From Octopus vulgaris (taxonomy: Eukaryota): DNA of 64,000 bases. Where the stretch lies: the NCBI GenBank assembly GCA_951406725.2, contig OX597814.1:132432001-132496000 (forward strand), in the 5' to 3' direction. The notes beneath the pieces are model-generated. The model saw only the letters and a list, made by a program, of their open reading frames with translations, did no database searches and had not been told where the DNA came from. The number at the start of each line of letters is the position of its first letter. Position 1 is the stretch's first letter. Shown here piece by piece: positions 10,961 to 30,907 of the stretch. The translations under genes and the position numbers were made by a program.

Positions 10961-12811
10961 CAGGGCTTCTTACCACAGAGCCATGGCACATACAAAAAAA
11001 ACTCTTATTATATGTTATGCTGATCTGTTATAGGGGTGATAATAAAAAGTACTCCCACGAGCATGAGGTAAATATCGTTTAATATGCACAGGATTTAAAT
11101 GTAAGCTACTCTAAGTACCATTCTTCTGACATTGCGAAAGTCGGACGATCTTGTATTGCAGCTTGTATATCATCATGTTTACCGTTCAAGAGGAAACGCA
11201 ATTTGACTAGTGTCTGAGAAATTGCAAGAAAGAACGGGAGAAACATAGTATCGAGAGAAATAAAGATAATAAAACGATTTGAAAGCATGGAGAGATGGTA
11301 GATAAGAGTTGTGTCCCTTCGATTAGGAATTAAAACTTGGTGAGGTGGATTTGACAGTGAAATATTTGAAGCTGTGTTAAAAACTGTATCGTATTTAAAA
11401 GGTACAGCTCATTGGAGTAGCCACTCTACTTTGTTCAGTGGAAATACGGCTTGAAGTTCGTCGGTATACAATTAATTTGATATGAAAATAATAATGTTTA
11501 TTACGATTTATTTATGCGCTATCAATATAGCTTCTGTACTCTCCACCGAGTCCAGTCTTCACATGCATAAGTTGACAAGCTCTAGCTCACAGAGAGATTC
11601 GAAGTCGTCGGCTACATACACAATGATCTATACGGCCTATGGAAGCCTTGCCCAAGGTGTGACCACTGTTATATGCAGACATTTTTGTGGATCCATGGGC
11701 GGGAGCTAAGTGTCAGGTGAGACACCAAACGGGCGAACAACTCCGAAGGGCATCTCAAGTTCTACACTTACTACCCCATTCAGACGACCTATGCATCGCA
11801 TTGCAGGGGCACAATAAAAACACGCACTGTCCAACTCGTCACCTGCAGTTCCAGCAGATAACCAGTGCCCCTTTTCTCAAGCCATTTGATTTCCTTCTTA
11901 ATGTATTTGATTTATAACACGCAAATCACTAAGTTTACCTTCCATATAGGAATTGGCTTACGAAAGATTTGCTTACTTTGTTTGCGGGAAAAATTTAGGT
12001 CCTGGAACTAAACTTTATTTAACGTGTTTCCTGGGATTCTTTGGTGCTTATTTCAGTTCCCAAATGTCCATGTCAAATAACGTCAAGAATTCTGAATTCA
12101 TTATTTTGTAGTTAGCAGGTAATTACGGCATTATTCCTTAACATACTTAGGCAAAATGATTTGTAAAATGTGGATTTTGAGAATTTTCATTGGTTATTAG
12201 CCTTCCTGAAGTATTATCGTAACACGTTAGGTAAATTGAAAACGATTTTTCGTATATTTCTTCGATTCTTGACTTAACTCGTTCGTATCACAGATGAATA
12301 TATAGTGTGTCGTACGAGTGAGGTAATACCGCGAAATTTATACCTGGATTAAATGTTTCATAGGCAGAAAGACGAGGTCAATCTGTATAAACGGTCATAG
12401 TGTTATCTCGAAAGGGCTTTTCCTTCCAGTGTGTAGCAGGAAAACTAAATTTAACGGCATATTTTGGGGTTTTGTGTATTTATTCGTGTTCAGCTCTCAA
12501 TGCAGCAAGTGAGTGGAGATTTACAGTTTTTATTGAAGTCAGAGAATGTAAATATGGAAATAAGAAAGGACACGTTATGTATTGAAAAACATTTTTTATT
12601 GATATTAGAATACAGTTTTTTTACAATAAAATAGATATATGATACAAATTAACATATATGTCTTAAGGTTTGCGTTATGGAAAAGCAAAATAAATTCATA
12701 TTAAAACAGTTTTGCAATCATTCTACGGATGATAAATATAATTGTAATTATATACATAGATAAAAATTAAATAATATATCTTTAGAAAAATATTCTTTCA
12801 GTTATAATAAC

Positions 12812-12894
<83 letters not shown>

Positions 12895-14251
12895 CGTGTG
12901 TGCGTTTGTGTATGTGTGTGTGTGAAGGAGCATGTGTGCCTGCAAATACACACACGCACAAACAGACACTCACGCCTACATTTGCTAGCATACATGTATG
13001 AAGTTATGTTAAAATATATACAAAAATACTTATATATATTGTGTTTCAAATTTACGTATCAGTTAAAATTGAATATTTATGTAAATATTACATAAACGTT
13101 ATTATTAGTGAGAATGTACTGGTAGACTGAGTACTAGTGTTTAAGTAACTATATGATATGGATATTGATACAGATAATATTGCGGCTATCACAGTAATCT
13201 CTATCAGGTAACGATCATCAATTGCAACGTAGTGTCATGTCCAATATCGGCGGATGCTCGCTTTCTTTATTGGAATTAATTTGTGAATATAAAATTGTTT
13301 TGTAAAAGATGAGCAATGATATGAACGAAAACATGTAAATATAAATCGTTGCATAGTTAAATTAATACACGAAGAAATTTATGAAACTGCTGTAATTCTA
13401 CCTCACATTCATGTACTTAAATATAAAACAAAATGACGGTCAGATATGCACTCTCTCAAGTTAATGCACTTAACATTTATGAATATCTTCCTGTGTTTTT
13501 GAAATGTTACTCAAATGGAATGGAATGTTGTTCATTACTTCCAGAATTATTACAATTATTATCAGAATGCCAGCAAAGTAAGATAACATGTGCACTTTCA
13601 TGTGTATGCAGGTCTCTATATTTATATGCATTGTTTATATTTATAATGAGGATTAAACCTTGAATATCGAAGTATTTCACGTTAGGAACATGTAGCGTAT
13701 ATGTAAATGCATTCAAGACCATTTATATAAAGTATCTTGATATAGGTTTAGGTTAAAAGAAAGTGAAATGTTAATAATGACTTAAATATGATAATAAGCA
13801 ACATAAGTTAAATATGATAGCAAGCAAAATAGAAAGACCAAATAATTTGTAAGAAATATGTCTCATTTACGAAACAGCTGTTACGAAATAAAAAATGTTT
13901 TTTTGCCAATAAATACATGTATTAATGCATTTATAAATGTGTGCTTATATACGTCTAATTATATGCATATTTCTTTAGAAATGTATAAATTTATATTTAT
14001 ATGTATGTGTGCGTGTGTATGTGTGTGTGTGTTGTGTTTATGTATAAATACAGATAGAGAATGAATGACAGAAAGAAGGAAATAGTGAGAGAGAACGCAT
14101 CTTAATGTGTTCGCTTGTATGATTTTTGCTTGTGTGCGTGTTTCCTATGTGTTTCTTATAACAACCACACAGTGGTTTACTTAAACTTCCATAACATTAT
14201 GAAAACCATTTGTGTTACACACATTTGAATGTTTGATGATGTTGGCCGATA

Positions 14252-18728
<4,477 letters not shown>

Positions 18729-18861
18729 GATAATGGATGGTCACTCGGAATCAAAAGGATGACAATCGTAGTATATATGTATGTATTTTCATATAAATCT
18801 TGAGCGTGCTAGTTTATCAAAATGATATTCGCTTGTGATGATTACAGCTCATCTGAGATTA

Positions 18862-18980
18862 CTTATATATAATATTTTCAGCGTGGAATTACCATATGTC
18901 ACAAAGATTAATGAAAATTTTAAAAATTATAAATATAAACAGGAGGAACTAACACATTTACGGAAAATATTTGCTTCCGG
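18862..18980 (-). promoter_or_regulatory. Putative promoter of IL-17 gene 2 (TATA 18862-18869, kappaB-like 18885-18893, ETS-like CCGGAAGC 18973-18980)
   Basis: Inverted paralog of 3422-3537. Confidence 0.55.
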
Positions 18981-19199
18981 TAATGTGAAGGATCTGGTAT
19001 TAAGTGAAATAAATTGTGATCTATATAAATTGCAGAGCGTTTGAAGTAACCAGGACATGGTTTAAGATCTGTTTCCTCTTTTACCTGTTAATCGGGTGTA
19101 GTAAGTTGAGAAGTGTCTTAAGACACAGGAACATAGACACAATGAAGTAATGTATTGAGTAATTTTCCCATCTATTTTCAAAATATTTTATTATTTCAC

Positions 19200-19312
<113 letters not shown>

Positions 19313-19319
19313 CATCTCA

Positions 19320-19399
<80 letters not shown>

Positions 19400-19403
<4 letters not shown>

Positions 19404-21173
19404 TGACTCTTGAGCCACTACTGCGGAAGCTGGCGACTCTGAGGGGCATCCCGCGAGAATTGGGATGCGGGAAGAGCGGGACAAGCGTGTCTGCATACGC
19501 GGACGACGTCACCGTCATAGTGTCAAGCCACGACCACATCAAGCGGGTCGGCGAGACACTGAAAGACTACGAAGCGGTGACAGGAGCAAATATCAACCGG
19601 GAAAAGTCAGTGGGCTTGCGGCTCGGCACCTGGAGAAGCAAGCCCATGCCGTCCACCAGTACCTCCGTCGTGCGACGCTGGACAGACGGCCCGGTTGAGT
19701 TGCTCGGGGTCTGGTTCGGTCCGGACCTCCAAATGGAGAAGAACTGGAACGAGATAACGAGTAGGGTGGTCACTCTTGCCCAGCAATGGGCCGAGAGGAA
19801 ACTGTCTCTAAAAGGTCGGGCGGAGGTGGCGAACGCGTACATCGCGTCCATCATCTACTACCGCCTGACCGTCGTACCTTGTCCCGACCTTACCATCACC
19901 AAACTAGAACGCATCCTCTTCCGCTTCTTGTGGAAAAATGATGCGTCCCGATGTTCAGGCGATCCAATTGCTGTCAACACCCGTTAAAAGGATGGCTGGG
20001 CATGCCGTGGTTGATGATGCGCAGACACGCGTTGAGACTGCGACAACAGGTGTGGTCGCCGTTTGTGAGGCACGCATTCCCGCAACTCGTCTCCATGACC
20101 GAACTACAGTCGTGGATCAAAAAGAGGCCGTGGAAGGGCGAATGGCACCGCGAGTGTCGCGTTGCTCTCAAGCAACTCTGCCGTCCCGGGTCGACCTTGA
20201 GTGACTTCAACACAACCAAAGCATTCTATAGGGGGATTAGTGGAGGGGAGGTACGATCTCGGGGCAAACGTGGGCGTCGACGAGGAATGCCTGACCCGCC
20301 TGTTTGAAACGACTTTCGGCCCGGGACCTATGGACAACTTCCAGAGATCCCTGGCCTGGCGGTGCTACCGAGAAGCGCTACCCGTTCGGGATAAGCTCTA
20401 TAGGCATGGCTCGAGAAACACGGGGCCGACCTGTGGGCTTATGTCGAACGACTGCTGTCACGTGTGGGACGTGTCGGTTTATCAACCGAGTCTATCGTTA
20501 ATATCGTCACGCCTCCTTCCTTCAAACGGGAAGGAAGAGCTATTTTTATCATACTTGTGGCTATGGCGAAAGAATGTATCTGGTGGACGCGCCTGAAAGG
20601 ATTAGAGACAAACACTTTCCTCTCTGGTCAATCTCTCATCAACTTCTTCAAATATCACTTGAAGAGGAAAGTGAGAGTAGAGAGGCAAGTTTTGTCTAGT
20701 GAATGTTTTAAAAAAAGATGGGTGAATGTAGCAAGGATGGCACGTATGAATGACGAAGCCACCTTGACTATGATTCTATGAACCGTAAAAATTAATACAG
20801 AGAGTTGCTTAATTGCAAAAAAAAATAAAAGAAAGAAATATAACATGTGACTTCATTGACCGAGGTTACCGTGGTCTTTTCCGTGGGCTTTTCTTTCCAC
20901 GGGTAAACCTCACCTGTCCTCCCCTTTACACTTCATATTGACATTTCTGTGATTACGATCCCTATTGATCAACTTTTTTTCCTCTCCCCTTTCCTTTTTT
21001 TTTCCCCTCCCCCCTTTTTTTAAAAAAATCCTCCCCTTTTTTTGTCCTCTTTCTTTCCTTTTATGATCCCTTTTGATCGAAAACCAACCCCCTTTTTTAT
21101 ACCCCCAAAAGAAAAGCTCTACCTTGTAATTTGTTCTGTCTGTGTGCAGCCCTGTGTGGCAAATAAAGAAACA
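19400..21173 (+). mobile_element. 5'-truncated L1/Tx1-type LINE (RT C-terminus, ORF2 end, 3' UTR); disrupted
   Basis: LEPLL, SAYADDV, INREKS and ELLGVWF motifs; pyrimidine-rich 3' UTR; AATAAA followed by (TATC)n. Frameshifts and deletions relative to the 38706 copy. Confidence 0.88.
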
Positions 21174-21225
<52 letters not shown>

Positions 21226-21236
21226 AATCTATCTGC

Positions 21237-21290
<54 letters not shown>

Positions 21291-21334
21291 GTCCATCTAT
21301 CTATTTATCTCTCTCTCTTTCTCTCTCTCTCTCT

Positions 21335-21388
<54 letters not shown>

Positions 21389-21389
<1 letters not shown>

Positions 21390-21736
21390 GAGGTGCAATG
21401 GCCCAGTGGTTAGGGCAGCGGACTCGCGGTCGTAAGTTCGCGGTTTCGATACCCAGACCGGGCGTTGTGAGTGTTTATTGAGCGAAAATACCTAAAAGCT
21501 CCACGAGGCTCCGGCAGGTATGGTGGTGATCCCTTCTGTACTCTTTCCCCACAACTTTCTCTCACTCTTACTTCCTGTTTCTGTTGTACCTGTGTCACGC
21601 TGAATATCCTCGAGAGCTACGTTAAGGGTACACATGTCTGTGGAATGCTCAGCCACTTACACGTTAATTTCACGAGCAGGCTGTTCCGTTGATCGGATCA
21701 AGCGGAATCCTCGTCGTCGTAACCGACGGAATGCTT

Positions 21737-21739
<3 letters not shown>
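21389..21739 (+). mobile_element. tRNA-derived SINE
   Basis: A box TGGCCCAGTGG, B-box-like GGTTTCGATACC, ~350 bp GC-rich body between microsatellites. Confidence 0.75.
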
Positions 21740-21783
<44 letters not shown>

Positions 21784-21934
21784 TATATATATATGTATAT
21801 ACATATATATATATATTTATATATGTATATATTTATATATATATGTTTATTCATATAGACATATATGTATAAACATACATACACACACACATATATATAC
21901 AAATATACATTCCTATACATATACATATATATTT

Positions 21935-21979
<45 letters not shown>

Positions 21980-22207
21980 TATGTAGTCACGTAAATGACC
22001 TATGGCCCGAACCATCACGACTATTGATTGAGATATGCTTAAAACAACTCAATAGCCACAGACTGACACACTCGTAGCTAGTTTCATGAAAGACACGAAA
22101 CTGGTTATTAGTATATTTTGGTTGGTAACTGAGGATGGCTCAATGTCCTTGTTTGTTGTACTATTTGTACGTATTGTAGTATACAATGCATGTTTGTGTG
22201 CGCGCGC

Positions 22208-22248
<41 letters not shown>

Positions 22249-22869
22249 GGGGAAAATATTCTTGAGAAACAAAAACAGAATTCAGCGAAATGCTTCATGG
22301 AAAATATATCAACCAATATTAAACTTTCAACAGAAAGAAACAAGTAGGTATTTCTTTATAAAAAAATTACTAATATTTCTTAAAAGTATTTACTAAATCG
22401 CATTTTGTTGCCCTAATTAAAAATTTGTCACATTGAGTTTAAATGTATCTAAATACTATGCTACGCACAACTATAGACCTTAAAATGAAAGAGACTGAAT
22501 TCGGTCAAGAAATTGCCAGTAGATTGAGGTCAATGCCAATAGTCAATCGCTAATATCAAATCACATTGAATATAATGAAAAATGTTTGCGGAATAGTTAT
22601 ACTGTATATAGACTGAATTCATCCAAGTTTAACCACTTAAATAGTCATTTCAGCTAAGTCATCATATATTATTACTTTTCTTTGAAGAATTATTTTTACA
22701 ATTTTTATTTATTTTTAATGAAGCAAATCCTACTGTTTGCTTCAATGTTAGATAAACATTTTTTTGTAATGATTGTGATTATATATATATTTTTTTATAT
22801 AAGGAGCAGAAGAGTGACGTGTGTTCATATGAAGACTTGCACTATTCACCTTTGAGAGGGACGCTTCGT

Positions 22870-23240
22870 TTCAAGGCCAATATAAAGGGTGTTGTTTTCA
22901 AAAGGATAATGAAAGACCGCATGTTTCCTTGGGAATCACACAAAAATTGCCGCAATCTGCTGGGATGAGGTACACTACTCTCGATATTCACCAGATATTG
23001 CTCCTTCGGATTTGCACTCATTCAGATCTCTGCAGAAAAGACTTCATGGTTAAAACTTCAATACCTTGCCATGAAACCACCTCAGTTCTGGGAGAGCGTA
23101 TTTTCAAGTTAAAGGAAAGATTGAGAGGCATTGTACAAGAAAATGATTCATATTTGGTGGATTGAAAATGTAATGGCAAGTATTTATTGAAATTTTATTC
23201 CTTTGAAAATCGGCACGTACTTTCTAGACGTCCCAATATA
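22870..23240 (+). mobile_element. Mariner (Tc1/mariner) transposon 3' remnant
   Basis: VVFQKDNERPH resembles the mariner HDNARPH motif. A second frame reads YSPDIAPSDLHSFRSLQ (YSPDLAP motif). TIR-like end aaaatcggcacgtactttctagacgtcccaata followed by TA. Confidence 0.8.
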
Positions 23241-23329
23241 GATATATATGTATTTTTGTATGTATGTATGTATGTATGTATGTATGTATGTATGTATGTA
23301 TGTATGTATATCTTTATGTATATATATAT

Positions 23330-23361
<32 letters not shown>

Positions 23362-23385
23362 TTTTATATATATATTTGTATATTT

Positions 23386-23430
<45 letters not shown>

Positions 23431-23492
23431 TTATATATATATGTGTATATGCGTTTCTGCATGCATATATATATATATGTATATATACAAAG

Positions 23493-23584
<92 letters not shown>

Positions 23585-23605
23585 TGATAGACAGATAGAT
23601 AGATT

Positions 23606-23697
<92 letters not shown>

Positions 23698-23929
23698 TAT
23701 AGATATGCAACAGAAATGATAAATTATATTAAAAATAGATTCGGAAAGTTCTTAAGACAATATTTTTCTATGCCTATGTTCCTGCGTATTAAGACAAATC
23801 ACAATGAATCACACCCGCTCAACAGGTAAAAGAGGAAACAAATCTTATACCATGTCCTGGTTCCTTCAGGCGCTCTGCAACTAATATAGATCACAACATA
23901 TTTAACTTAATATCTGATCTTTCACATTA

Positions 23930-24045
23930 CCGGAAGTAAATTTTTCCTTAAATTTGTTAATTCCTCCTGTTTATATTTATAATTTTTTAGTTTTCATAAT
24001 CTTTGTGACATATGGTAATTCCACGGTAAAAATATTATATATAAG
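23930..24045 (+). promoter_or_regulatory. Putative promoter of IL-17 gene 3
   Basis: CCGGAAGT 23930-23937, GGTAATTCC 24014-24022, TATATAAG 24038-24045. Confidence 0.55.
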
Positions 24046-24178
24046 TAATCTCAGAGGAGATGTTATCATCACAAGCGAATATCATTTTGATAAACTCGCA
24101 CGCTCAAGATTTATCTGTAAATATATACATATATACTACGATTGTCATCCTTTCCATTCCAAGTGACCATACTTTATA

Positions 24179-25113
24179 ATGAATACCACCAACGTAAGTA
24201 GACGAACCTTGTTAATATCAACTGTAATATTTATATCTTCAGTCTTATGTCTATGCTTACTCTTCTATCATTCATAGGAATGAGTGAATCATTTTGCTTA
24301 TGTTCTTTACGCAGATTGGTACTATACATATGATACGTATTTCTATGGCTGTGGTATATTGATTTAATTCTGTGCTTTCATATATATATATACATATTCA
24401 ATATATATATATATTTATAAATGGCACCGTTTTTTTCATAACTCTTTTAAACAAATTTAATTCTTTAATCTCACTTCTAATTTAACTAGAATTGCAGTTG
24501 GGTGTCTGAGAGCACACAATTGGCAGGTGTTAAAGGAGAATTTGTGCAAAAGATTTAAAGAACCTTAAAACAGAAGGATATGAAGCACATAAACTCTGTA
24601 TTCATTTCCCTCTCTATTTAATTATTTATTGGTTAAAGTAAATAACACCTTTGATCTTGAATGTCCAAGGTATTCTTCCAAGAAGATTCCTCATCTAAGT
24701 ATCAAATCCGGCCAGTACATAGAAGAATCCGATCTCCAGGCCATCGATAGTTTAATAGATGAAGGTAAATGCCGACACCGCTTAGCACCAGTGACAACAT
24801 ACCTCAATTACACAACTTAGGGGAGTAGAGCAACGCGAAATAAAATGCTTTGGTTAAGAATACAAAACACAGCCCGGCACGAAATTCGGTGCTCTAACCA
24901 CTGACACATGTGCCTTCAAAATAATCTGTTAGAAAGTAGCATAAACTCTGTTCATAGAGCTTTTGAAAGCTACGCAATCATCCTTCGAAATATATTTTCA
25001 TAGCAAACGATGCTTATGGACGGATTTGAAGTCACAGAGCAACTCAAAGGAAGTTAAATCACTCTCCACATTCCGATAAACATTTCCTCTTTTAGCCCTC
25101 TTATACATACATA

Positions 25114-25178
<65 letters not shown>

Positions 25179-26072
25179 TCTTACTTTATTTTTGTAATTT
25201 TTATTTTTGTAGCTTTTATTTTTTAACTTTTTATTTGAATTTTTATCTGAATTACGGCTTGTACTGTACGGTCCAGCGGACCTAATTTAAACATACCTAT
25301 TTTACACGTACTTAAGTGTTTAAAAAAATTCAAATATAGTTTATAGTATTAAACGATGATAAAGTGATATAAGGGCCTAATGATTGGGTGAGTTAGTCAG
25401 TCAGTCAGTCATTCAGTCAGTAGGTGAGTTGTTGTGAGCGATAGATGTAGTATAATTTACTTGATTTCGTTTATTCATTTAGCTGCGTGTCATATTGAAC
25501 CGTAATTACTCATTTTCACATATACATTTTATATCACCCAGGTCCTCCTCCAAGTTGTGATCTTCCTCCTCACCAACGTCGTATTCTTCATATCCTCGGC
25601 GTCAGTTCCGACTCAATGTAATATACCAAGCGACTTGAATATTCGGTACGAGAAACTCTACAACGCAGCGATCGGCAATAACTTTTTTCTACCAGCTGAA
25701 ATAGCTCCAGCGGGAAGTGACCAACAAGCATTATTAGTAGGGGATAAAACTTGCCCAAAATCTTCCGTGTCTACTGATATCATACGCGAGCGTTCAACCT
25801 GCCCATGGTACCTGAAAATTACCCACAATTCCTCATATTTTCCTCCATCACGCACAGAAGTCGTGTGTCGCTGTACAGAATGTCTGGACTCTGACAGTAA
25901 CCATCAATGTGTGATGGTGTATACTCCAATGACTGTCCTGAAACGTACAGCTGAATGTGTTGATGGACTGTACGTTTATAAACCAAGTGTCATCGAGGTT
26001 CCTACAGCCTGTGTTTGCGCACGGAAAGTCGATGTAATATCCGGAGGAAATGACGATGAATATGAGTCGTAA
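24179..26072 (+). CDS. IL17: Interleukin-17-like cytokine 3, join(24179..24193,25542..26072), 181 aa
   Basis: Exon 1 MNTTN|GTAAGT; acceptor cacccag at 25541; RSTCPW, CRCTEC and TACVC motifs. Confidence 0.9.
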
Positions 26073-28211
26073 TATCGGCCAACATCCTCAAACATTTAAA
26101 TGTGTGTAACACAAATGTTTTTCATAATGTTATGGAATTTAAAAGTACACCACTGTGTGGTTGTTATAAGAAACATATACGAAACATGCACACACACACA
26201 CAAATTATACAAGCGTATATATTTAAATAGGTGCTCTTACGCTATTTCTTTCTTACGCTGTCATTCGCTCTCTCGCTCTCTCTTTGTGTTTATAGATACA
26301 CACAACACACACACACACAAACACACACACAAAATCACTCACATACACACATATACATACAACTATATATATATAAGTGTATATAGAAATATGCATATAA
26401 TTACATGCATTCATTTAAAAAATACAATCATACATACGTTAACCAAAAAGAGATCTCTAAGTGAAATATATTTCTTCCTATTTTGTTTTTCTATAGTGTA
26501 AAAATGGAGGGAACTCTTATCTTGCCTACTATCATATTTAACTCAATTAACATTTCCTTTTTTTAACCTAAGCCTATATCAGGATTCTTTATATATAAAT
26601 ATTTGAAACCGATAAATTGTGTTGAATGAATTTACATATACGTTACATGTTCCTAACACTAAATACTTCGATATTCATGGTTTACTCATTATACGTATCA
26701 ACAGTGCATATAAATACGGAACTGCATACACATGAAAGTGCACATGTTATCTTACTTTGCTGGCATTCTGATAATAATGGTAATAATTCTGGTAATAATG
26801 AACAACGTTCCATTCCATTTGAGTAACATTTCAAAAATATAGGAAGATTATTCATAAATTTTACATGCATTAACTTGAGGGAGTGGATATCTGACTGTCA
26901 TTTTGTTTTATATTTAATTACATAAATGAGATGTAGAATTACAGCAGTTTCATAAATTTCTTCAAGTATTAAATTCACTATGCAACGATTTATACTTACA
27001 TGCTTTCGTTCATATCATTGCTCATCCTTTTACAAAACAATTTTATATTCACAAATTGATTGAAATAAAGAAAGCTAGCGTCCTTGCATATTTGACATGA
27101 CACTACGTTGTAATTCTTGATCATGTGAACTGATAGAGATTACTGTGATAGCCGCTAGATTCTCAGAACCCACATCCATATCATATAGTTACTTAAACAT
27201 TAGTACTCAGTCCCCCAGAAAATTAACACACATAATAACGTTTATGTAATATTTACATAAATATTTAATCCTAACTAATATATAACTTTGAAACAAAATA
27301 TATATATAAGCATTTTTGCATATATTTAAACATAAATTCATATATGTATGTTAGCAAATGTAGGTTAATGTTTGTGTGTATGTTTTTTTCCAGGCAAACA
27401 TGCACCTTCACACACACACGCGCGCGCGCACACACTCACAAACACATACACACACATATATATATACGTCATTATAACTGAATAAAAATTTTTTTCAAGA
27501 TAAACTATTTAATTTTTCTATGTATATATTTACAATTATATTTATCATCCGTAGAATGAGTGTAAAACTGTTTAAATATATTTTTCTCTTGCTTTTCCAT
27601 AATGCAAAACCTAAGACATATATATGTTAATTTGTATCATATATTTATTGTATTGTAAACAGTTGGATTCTAATATCAATAAAAAGTTTATTTCAATACA
27701 TAACGTGTCCTTTGCTATGTTCATATTTTCATTCTCTGACTTCAATAAAACCTGTTAACCTCCACTCACTGACTGCATTAGTCGCTGAACATGAATGAAT
27801 ACACCATACCCTAAAAATATGCAGTTAAATTTACTGAAGCAAATTTCCTGCTACACTCTGGAAGGAAAAGCCCTGCAATCGTATGAAATTTCAGGCACTT
27901 CACAGTCGGTCGATCATCAGGCTAAAATCGGAATACACAAACCCAGAAGGTAATACACTAATTGCACCAAATCCTGAACTACTTACCTCTCTTACACATA
28001 ATATTTTTGCCTCAGGAACTAGTAGACCAGACACCGTTTAGTATTCGGTGTGCATTCAAAGCAATGATTAGTAATTTTCGACACCGTTATGCTTTTGAAT
28101 CTCTTTAACAATTCACAATAATGACTTTTGATCATTTAAACCCTACCTCAGTTCATCTAATTGCATATATCTATATTTATTTTTCATTACAACCCATTCT
28201 TCTTACTTCCC

Positions 28212-28273
<62 letters not shown>

Positions 28274-28419
28274 ACTTGAATGATTTCACATTTTCAATAA
28301 AATATTATCAAAAGTAAAATATAAAACTTTGCATAAGCTTTGTTGTGTTAAAGAATTGTTATCATAGTTATATTTAAATACAGTTATACAGTCTTTGATA
28401 ATGATGCGAAAATATTAAG

Positions 28420-29900
28420 ATGGTCTTTATGTTTAAACAGTTTACATTAAATGGGTAAATCCCACGTCAGTACCCTCTTTGATACGGTGTATATCTTCAG
28501 TACTGAATTAAGAATGGAGTGAAGTATGCTCGTCTTGATGAGACTAGCACATCTGTGTATGGACGAGCTAGAGATACCATCGGGGAAGGTTATGAAGCAA
28601 ACAGAAGACACGGGCTCTAAGTACTTGGGGATATTGGAAATGGATAAATTGGTGGAGGAACAAATGACCGGACAGTTTAAAGTGGAGTACTTGCACAGAC
28701 TAAGTCAAAATTAAGCAGTTGAAATAAGATTGAAAGTGTAAACACCTGGGCGGTTTCAGTCCTTAGAGATGGAACGGGCTTAATCGCATAGAGAGTCGAC
28801 GAACTAAACAGCTTAGACAGAAACTCAAATAAGTTGCTGATTAGATATGGGTTACTCCACCCAAAAAGTGACACAAACAGACTGCATGTACCACGAGAAA
28901 GAGCGGACGTGAAAACAGAATTAGAGCAGAAAAAAACATTATAGCATTGTATGCAAAAAATGCCACAGAACCGCTATTATTGGAAGTAGGAAGGTTATGC
29001 TTGTTTAGGATGGAAGATTGCAAAGATAACGCACTGTTCAAGCACTTGAGAATGAATGAAACTGAACATTAGAGGCTAAAGAAGAATGCATGGGCAATTT
29101 GATAGGGGTGTTGAATATAAAACAGGCAGAAAAAAAATGAAGATGGTTATGGATCACTAAATTCGATTTAAACCCGGAAACGGTGATTTTAATTTGTGCT
29201 GCCCGAGAGCAAGCATGAAATACCAATTACATCAAATATAGAATAGACAACACATCAGAAATTGATAAGTGCAGCATTTTTATACAAAATGGTGAAACCG
29301 TATCACATATTACCTGTCAATGTACGCCATTAACGCAAGGATTGTGCGTTGGATACTTTGCAAAAAGTATTCACTTGATAGAGTAAAAAAAGTGGTACAA
29401 ACATACATCTGAAGGCATCATGGAAAATGATAATGCAAAGATTCTATGGTATTTTACAATTCGGTGTGACTATAATAGAGAGAATAGAAAACCAGACATA
29501 GTGTTAATTGAGAAAGAGGGTAAACGAAGCTGGATCATGGTCAGCTGACAACAAGGCATGCGATAAGAAAGAAAGAAAAGTCGATAGACATGACAGGTTA
29601 GCTTGGGAGATTAAACAGTTGTCGTTGTGGTCGCTGAAAAATGTGGTAGGAGCACCAATAATTGTCGGAAAGCTGGGAACAATAAGTAAAAATCTTGAGT
29701 AGTACATAGAACATATAGAGGCTGCAATAATAGTGGAGCACATGCAGAAAACAGCTCTGCTCGAAAGAGCTTGAATAATCTTGATGGTACTCGAAAAATA
29801 ACGGTTGTTTCCTTAGTTCACTGTAGTTAACAGCCAAAACAGTGGTACGTCTCCAGCGTTCCAGGTTGTGCAACGACAATGTAATAATAATAATAATAAT
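28420..29900 (+). mobile_element. Degenerate R4/Dong-like relic, unit 2 copy
   Basis: Near-identical to 7880-9360. Confidence 0.8.
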
Positions 29901-30011
29901 TGCCTCACAGACCCGCCCGAGAATATGGGAAACACTGTTATTAATATAGAAAATCACGAATGCAAACAATTTAGTTGATGTGAATATATTTTGTGTAAAT
30001 GTGTATGCACA

Positions 30012-30076
<65 letters not shown>

Positions 30077-30838
30077 GCATACACACGCCCATAAACACAT
30101 ATATATATGTGACTGTGTCAGGGCGCGTTGTGCATATTGAAAGTTCCGTCTTTTTGTGTTCACGGATTGGACGCTTCGTTGAGCATGTCACTCCAATTCA
30201 CGTCTGACGAAACGGCCTAGCCTTCCTGCAGAACTCATATCCTCAATGAATCACGGGTTAAATTTTGGTTTGGTCGCGTGCATGCTTACTCACGCGTAAA
30301 TAAACATCTAAAATATTAGCGACGACTATCTAGTCTTTTGTGAGTTACAGCTATGGTTCTCTGAATAGATTTGTACGTACACACTTATGTAATCAAGTAT
30401 GTATTTATAAGGGTATCACATGGCATCAAAAATGAATCATTCCAGTAATTGTTTTTGACAATAGCTTTTCTCGTGTAACAAGGTTGCAGCTATGATTTAC
30501 GTATGTATGTATGTATGTATGTATGTATGTATGTATGTATGTATGTATGTATGTATGTATGTATGTGTGTGTGTTTGCGGCGCATGTGTATGTATATGTG
30601 CGTGTGTGTGCGAGACTGTGCACGCGTCTTTATGTCTTTGGCCCTCAACACCGGTTGACAAACGGTGTTGTTATATTTACATTCAGCAACTTAACACTGC
30701 CGCAAAATGTTCGTTGGGATAAGTGCCAAGTTTGAAAAACGGACTATTGTTAATTCAATGAAATTCTTGAATGCGGTGTCACTGGCCGCAATCTCATGAC
30801 CGAAAAAAGTAAGTACTTAGATACACATATATTTTGTT

Positions 30839-30907
<69 letters not shown>

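Noticed and set aside
19395-19410. TATTGAC at both the LINE 5' end (~3040-3046, minus strand) and the start of the truncated copies, suggesting an internal deletion
   Set aside because: gta ttg act ctt gag is native ORF2 coding sequence (V-L-T-L-E), and the preceding base matches ORF2 rather than the 5' end. Simple 5' truncation is sufficient.
21389-21465. tRNA gene
   Set aside because: It has A/B-box-like motifs but no complete cloverleaf or T terminator, and it continues into a SINE body.
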